Shown: positions 60,134 to 64,000 of the stretch, piece after piece
Numbering within the stretch: position 1 is the first letter of the stretch
Layout: each line of letters begins with the position of its first letter
Assembly (NCBI GenBank): GCA_918797485.1
Contig: CAKKNE010000001.1
Location: 1,922,001 to 1,986,000, forward strand
Reading direction: 5' to 3'
DNA from: Pelagomonas calceolata
Taxonomy: Eukaryota
DNA: 64,000 nt
Made by a program: the position numbers and the translations under genes
Notes under the pieces: model-generated
Databases searched by the model: none
What the model was told of the DNA's origin: nothing
The model's input: only the letters and a program-made list of their open reading frames with translations

Positions 60134-61432
60134 CTAAGCAGTCCGCCCGTACTCGCGCCGGTGCCGCCCATCAATACACCGCAAAAAGAACACGCCCGCC
60201 GCGAGCGGGACACCTCCGCTAGGCTCGAGCGGCGCCGCCCCGTACGCCGCCTCGCGCGCGTCGCAGGCCCCCGCGAAGTCCGCCGCGGACCGCTCGACGC
60301 GCTTCGACAGCCTCGCTGACAGATCGACCGTGGACCGTATTGATGAAAGCGCTATTTTGCCAGAACGCCCCTTGAGCACGTACATCGACGCGACGGCACC
60401 AGAACCGTAGGAGAACATCAGGATACGCTTCCCCTCGAGATCTGAGGAAGCGACGAGCGACACCAAGCCAAAAAATACCGAAGCCGTGTAGCAGTTGCCG
60501 ATATGTCTCGGTGCTTCCGTGGAGGGAGCGACACGTTTGTCATAATCATCTGCCGACGCCTTCCGCAGCGACGCGTCCAAACCTTTGTCCACGAGCGACT
60601 GCTCGTACGCGACGTCGCCAGCAACGCACCAGTTCCTCGGCCGATCATTCGAATCTCTCAGCGCTAGCCGCGCGTGGGCCTTCCTCACCAGCTTGTTGTA
60701 GGGCGCGTGGAAGACGCAGTAGTCTACTGAAGCGAGATTACCATACGAGCCTGGGTTCGAATAGCACGCGTCGACGCATCGTAAATAACAAGCTTGCGAT
60801 AAAGCGCCATCAACTAACGGGTATTCTCCACCCTTCGGTTTGTAGAAGTCCCAGCAATCTAAGGCATGTGTTGTTCGTTGTGGCTCGAGCACTAAGGACG
60901 CGTCCGGCCCAATTAATAGAGCTACTGCTCCACAACCGCCCGACGGCCGCGCCGGTCCCTTTTCATACACGGCGATATCCCCACAAACGACAATGGCATA
61001 CCTCCCGTCCCAGGCCGACGACTCGACCCACGCTACACTGTTGAACAAAGCTGCCGTGCCACCATAACAAGCATTGACGGACGTCACTCCTTCCATGTTC
61101 GGGTTGCCTTCAAACAACCGTAACAAAGACGTCTTGACGGACTTGGACTTGTCTATTAACGTTTCCGTGCCGACCTCTAGTCTTCCCACAGACTTGGGAT
61201 CTATCTTATAATTCTCGAGCAACCGCGCACAGGCCGTCAATAGCAAACTCCCGACGTCCTCCCTTGAATCGGCGAAGGCCATCTGCTGCTGGCCGAGACC
61301 GACCGTGTATTTCCCGTCGCAGCCGTCCTGCTTCTCCAATGACGTCTGCGCGACGTAGGTCTGCGGGCTGTACCACTCCATGGCGACGATGCCCACGTTT
61401 TCTGGCCGCGTTTTTGAGACTTGGCTGGCCAT
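60134..61432 (-). CDS. HMGS: Hydroxymethylglutaryl-CoA synthase
   Basis: GKYTVGLGQ, GRLEVGTETLIDKSKSVK, NACYGGT, FHAPY, GNCYTAS, FSYGSG. Confidence 0.95.
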   Translation of the reverse strand: MASQVSKTRPENVGIVAMEWYSPQTYVAQTSLEKQDGCDGKYTVGLGQQQMAFADSREDVGSLLLTACARLLENYKIDPKSVGRLEVGTETLIDKSKSVKTSLLRLFEGNPNMEGVTSVNACYGGTAALFNSVAWVESSAWDGRYAIVVCGDIAVYEKGPARPSGGCGAVALLIGPDASLVLEPQRTTHALDCWDFYKPKGGEYPLVDGALSQACYLRCVDACYSNPGSYGNLASVDYCVFHAPYNKLVRKAHARLALRDSNDRPRNWCVAGDVAYEQSLVDKGLDASLRKASADDYDKRVAPSTEAPRHIGNCYTASVFFGLVSLVASSDLEGKRILMFSYGSGAVASMYVLKGRSGKIALSSIRSTVDLSARLSKRVERSAADFAGACDAREAAYGAAPLEPSGGVPLAAGVFFLRCIDGRHRREYGRTA

Positions 61433-61639
61433 GGCTCTCGCTGTGGTGCGATGCGTGCGGCTAGCGTTTTAGATGGCTGCTGATGCCTAGCTTTTGCCCA
61501 AGCTGCGGTGGTCGTAGCGCTTCTTTTCTTCTGCGGCGACTGGCGTCTAGGCGCAGCAATCACTATTACTACCAGCCCGTCCAGCCGAGTGATGAGGCGT
61601 TGTGAGCGGCACGCGCGCGCTTTTGTAATCCTGCATTGA

Positions 61640-61661
61640 GCTAGCGTATTAACACTAGCAA
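61640..61661 (+). promoter_or_regulatory. Degenerate copy of the upstream motif
   Basis: gctagcgtattaacactagcaa upstream of HMGS. Confidence 0.4.
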
Positions 61662-61673
61662 TTAAAGAAGTTA

Positions 61674-63749
61674 TCACACAGGAAGGGGCCGTTCGAAGCG
61701 CAACGTGGACTTCGCCGAGGACGTCGGCAGATCGGCTTCAGCAACACCGTCTAGAACTCGGTACGTCTTCACAATCTCAAGGCCCTCAACGACTCGACGA
61801 CCGTCCTTCGCAAATGCCCGGCGGAAGCGCCGCTTGCAGCGAACGAGTCTGCTCACGCGTGCAGCACCACCTATCAGCCCACCGGCCGCAGCATCGACGC
61901 GGACTAACTCGTCGAAGCCGAAGCCCGCTTCTGATATCTCGCTGGTCCTCGAGACGACGGTTAGGGTCGCGTCGCCGTCGCGAAGAATGCTCGGCGCGCG
62001 AGGATCCCAACTGACGGCTCCTCTGCCGCCGGCGCCGCGCCGTTTTCCGAGCTCAAAGGCGCGGTCCAGCACGACACCTGCGACGTCACGGCCCTCGAAC
62101 CTGTACGTCGCGGCCGCTGCCGGCGCCACGAATCGCGTCTCGTACGTCTCCGCTCGTCCAGCGACAAATGGGGTCGTGCCGCCGCCCAGGGCGCGCCAGG
62201 CGCCCTCGGCAGCAGTTTGGTCCCCTTCAACAGCTGTAAGCACACGCTCACAGCGCCATTCACCGACGAGCGACGCCGGGTAGAGCACGTCGCCGGTCGC
62301 TGCTCCGACCGAGACGTCGAACGCGAAGGCGCAGTGTGGCACCCAAGCGAGTGCCGCAATGGCTGTTGAACAGCTTTGGCGCCGCGTCACCGCATCCGGC
62401 ACGGGCGCACCATCGTCCAACGGGACGCGAAACACGAGCCGCTCCACCTCCCAACCAAGAGCGACACACGCGCCGCCCGTCTCCGACCGCGCTCCGTCGG
62501 GCAGCGGCCACGCGTCCGAGACCAGAGAAAACCCGGCCTTCGTCAAACCCTCGCGCGCGGCCTCCGCGGCGCGCTCGGACCGCGTCTCGACCGCCAGGAC
62601 GCCGCCGGGCGCCAGAGCGCTACGAGCAGCATCCGCGACGTCGGGTGCGAGGATCCAGTCGAGGGCGCCCCTTGTATTGGGAGGAGTGGGATGCTGCACT
62701 GATATGGCCTCGAGCGGGCCCGGGTACTTCGCCGCCGCGGCCAGGATGGACCGGGCGTCGGTCGCGACGTAGGCGAGGTTGTCTCCGCAACTGTCGCGCT
62801 TTGCCCGCGCCGCGCACGCTTTTACGATGGACCGCGACGCGTCGACGCCGAGGACGTTTCGCGTTCTATCAGAGGCCCAGCCCCGCGCCGCAGCACCCAA
62901 GCCGCAGCCGAGGTCGAGCCGGAGCGGCCTCGTGTCATCGGCGAAGAGGTCGCTCAGCAATGGCGGCGCGGGGGGCATCGCGGGCGCGGTGCCCTCCCGG
63001 AAGTCGCGCCGCCGCTGGCGCCCGCGGTTCTCGTGGCCTGCGTGCAGGGAACCGTTCGCGTCGACGGCGTGGAGCTTGATGGTCGACGCGGAGCCCGCAC
63101 GCCAGAGCCAGAGCTGCGGTCGCGCGTCGTCGCGGCCGAGCCGCTCTATATATGAAACGAGGCGCGGCGGGGCGTCTTCGGGCAGCAGGCGCCCGGCGGC
63201 CGTGGCAGCGGCGGCAGTCGTTTCTTCACACACGCAACCAGCAGCAACAAGGCGCTCGTAGGCGTTGAGGACGATTCGTGCTGGTCCGCACCCGTCATCC
63301 GCGCCGTGGTCGAGGCACGCGTCCCGCGAGTCGTCCGGATAAATATCGTCGCCCGACACGTAGAGGCCGCCCGCGCTCCAGGTCTCCTCCACAAATCGGC
63401 GCGCGAGGTTTTGAAATAGCTCCTCATCAGAAACGCCGGCGCGGTGGAAATAGAACGCCGCGTCAGCTATACGTCGGCCCACGAGCTTCGCGTCGACCGC
63501 GACGTTTTGTGCTGCTGCTGCCGCGAGCTCCGCGATTTGCGCACGCGCGTCGCCCTCGCCGTCGTCCTCGGCCGTCGCGAGGGCTAACGCCGCCGCGGCC
63601 ATCCCGAGAACACCACTGCGATCCGTAGTCTTGCGCAGTCGCTGCGTGCGGCTGGCGTCTAGCAGCTTGCCGCGCGCCGAGAGGGCCGTGGCGGCTGCGA
63701 GCATCCATGCTGCGTGCAGTGTGTGGGATGGCATCCTAGCACAGGTCAC
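61674..63749 (-). CDS. SAM methyltransferase (TrmB-like) fused to a thylakoid-lumen-type domain through an internal twin-Arg signal
   Basis: LRLDLGCGLG, VLGVD, ISVQHPTP; TRRQ..AFA then YPASLVGEW; true start may be 63734 or 63707. Confidence 0.7.
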   Translation of the reverse strand: MTCARMPSHTLHAAWMLAAATALSARGKLLDASRTQRLRKTTDRSGVLGMAAAALALATAEDDGEGDARAQIAELAAAAAQNVAVDAKLVGRRIADAAFYFHRAGVSDEELFQNLARRFVEETWSAGGLYVSGDDIYPDDSRDACLDHGADDGCGPARIVLNAYERLVAAGCVCEETTAAAATAAGRLLPEDAPPRLVSYIERLGRDDARPQLWLWRAGSASTIKLHAVDANGSLHAGHENRGRQRRRDFREGTAPAMPPAPPLLSDLFADDTRPLRLDLGCGLGAAARGWASDRTRNVLGVDASRSIVKACAARAKRDSCGDNLAYVATDARSILAAAAKYPGPLEAISVQHPTPPNTRGALDWILAPDVADAARSALAPGGVLAVETRSERAAEAAREGLTKAGFSLVSDAWPLPDGARSETGGACVALGWEVERLVFRVPLDDGAPVPDAVTRRQSCSTAIAALAWVPHCAFAFDVSVGAATGDVLYPASLVGEWRCERVLTAVEGDQTAAEGAWRALGGGTTPFVAGRAETYETRFVAPAAAATYRFEGRDVAGVVLDRAFELGKRRGAGGRGAVSWDPRAPSILRDGDATLTVVSRTSEISEAGFGFDELVRVDAAAGGLIGGAARVSRLVRCKRRFRRAFAKDGRRVVEGLEIVKTYRVLDGVAEADLPTSSAKSTLRFERPLPV

Positions 63750-63870
63750 TACGGCCCGTAGCGATGCGCATTGGTCAAACCACGCGACAGCGAGTTAACC
63801 GAGGCTGCTATCTCGTATCTTATCGGCAGCTAGCGTGCTAGACACCGCTGCCAAGCGCCTTGAGCGTCTA

Positions 63871-63894
63871 CTAGCGTAGTCACATACTAGCAAG
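63871..63894 (+). promoter_or_regulatory. Degenerate copy of the upstream motif
   Basis: ctagcgtagtcacatactagcaag upstream of gene 63749(-). Confidence 0.35.
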
Positions 63895-64000
63895 AATCGC
63901 AGCGCAAACGGCGCTGCGGGGCTCGAGGAGCCAGGATCAACCAAAGCCGTGGGCCCGACGCTGCCGACGCGACCCCCGCACCCTAAGCACGCGGCTACGG

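Noticed and set aside
57624..63749. Biosynthetic cluster around HMG-CoA synthase
   Set aside because: Neighbours have unrelated functions and different predicted compartments; no PKS or terpene genes

Overview
GC-rich, very gene-dense eukaryotic DNA with about 40 mostly single-exon genes on both strands. The short intergenic gaps, the introner-type introns ending TTGAT(T/G)TC(C/T)AC(A/G)CAG and the stramenopile-style targeting peptides suggest a pelagophyte alga (Pelagomonas/Aureococcus-like); this assignment is inference. Recognisable genes include a PX-domain protein, ABC1 kinase, XRN-like exonuclease, EF-hand proteins, IRAK/Pelle-like pseudokinase, TrmB-like and TrmO methyltransferases, kinesin-4, FG-GAP propeller, MUS81, Mn-CDF transporter, cupins, GT2, RP9, G-patch protein, adrenodoxin, CRY-DASH, HOP2, MORN, FKBP, RPC34, an alpha/beta hydrolase, a WD40 protein and HMG-CoA synthase. 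Five genes are split by short introns that look like introner transposons, one with a perfect 8-nt target-site duplication. The most notable observations are: (1) a dispersed 23-28 bp CTAG-bracketed motif (consensus GCTAGCGGCMTGTAASACACTAGCAAGC) found about 13 times, 60-280 nt upstream of start codons; (2) a mitochondrion-targeted fusion of a lipoyl domain with vault(MVP)-like and SPFH domains; (3) a predicted N-myristoylated RelA/SpoT-like synthetase with ankyrin repeats; (4) two head-to-head truncated paralogue fragments that form a 150-bp inverted repeat; (5) several unusual fusions (XRN+FnIII+CCCH, MUS81+WGR, oxidase-RGG-TrmO, methyltransferase plus internal Tat signal). No rRNA, tRNA or CRISPR array was recognised. 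All domain calls come from motifs read by eye, not from database searches.
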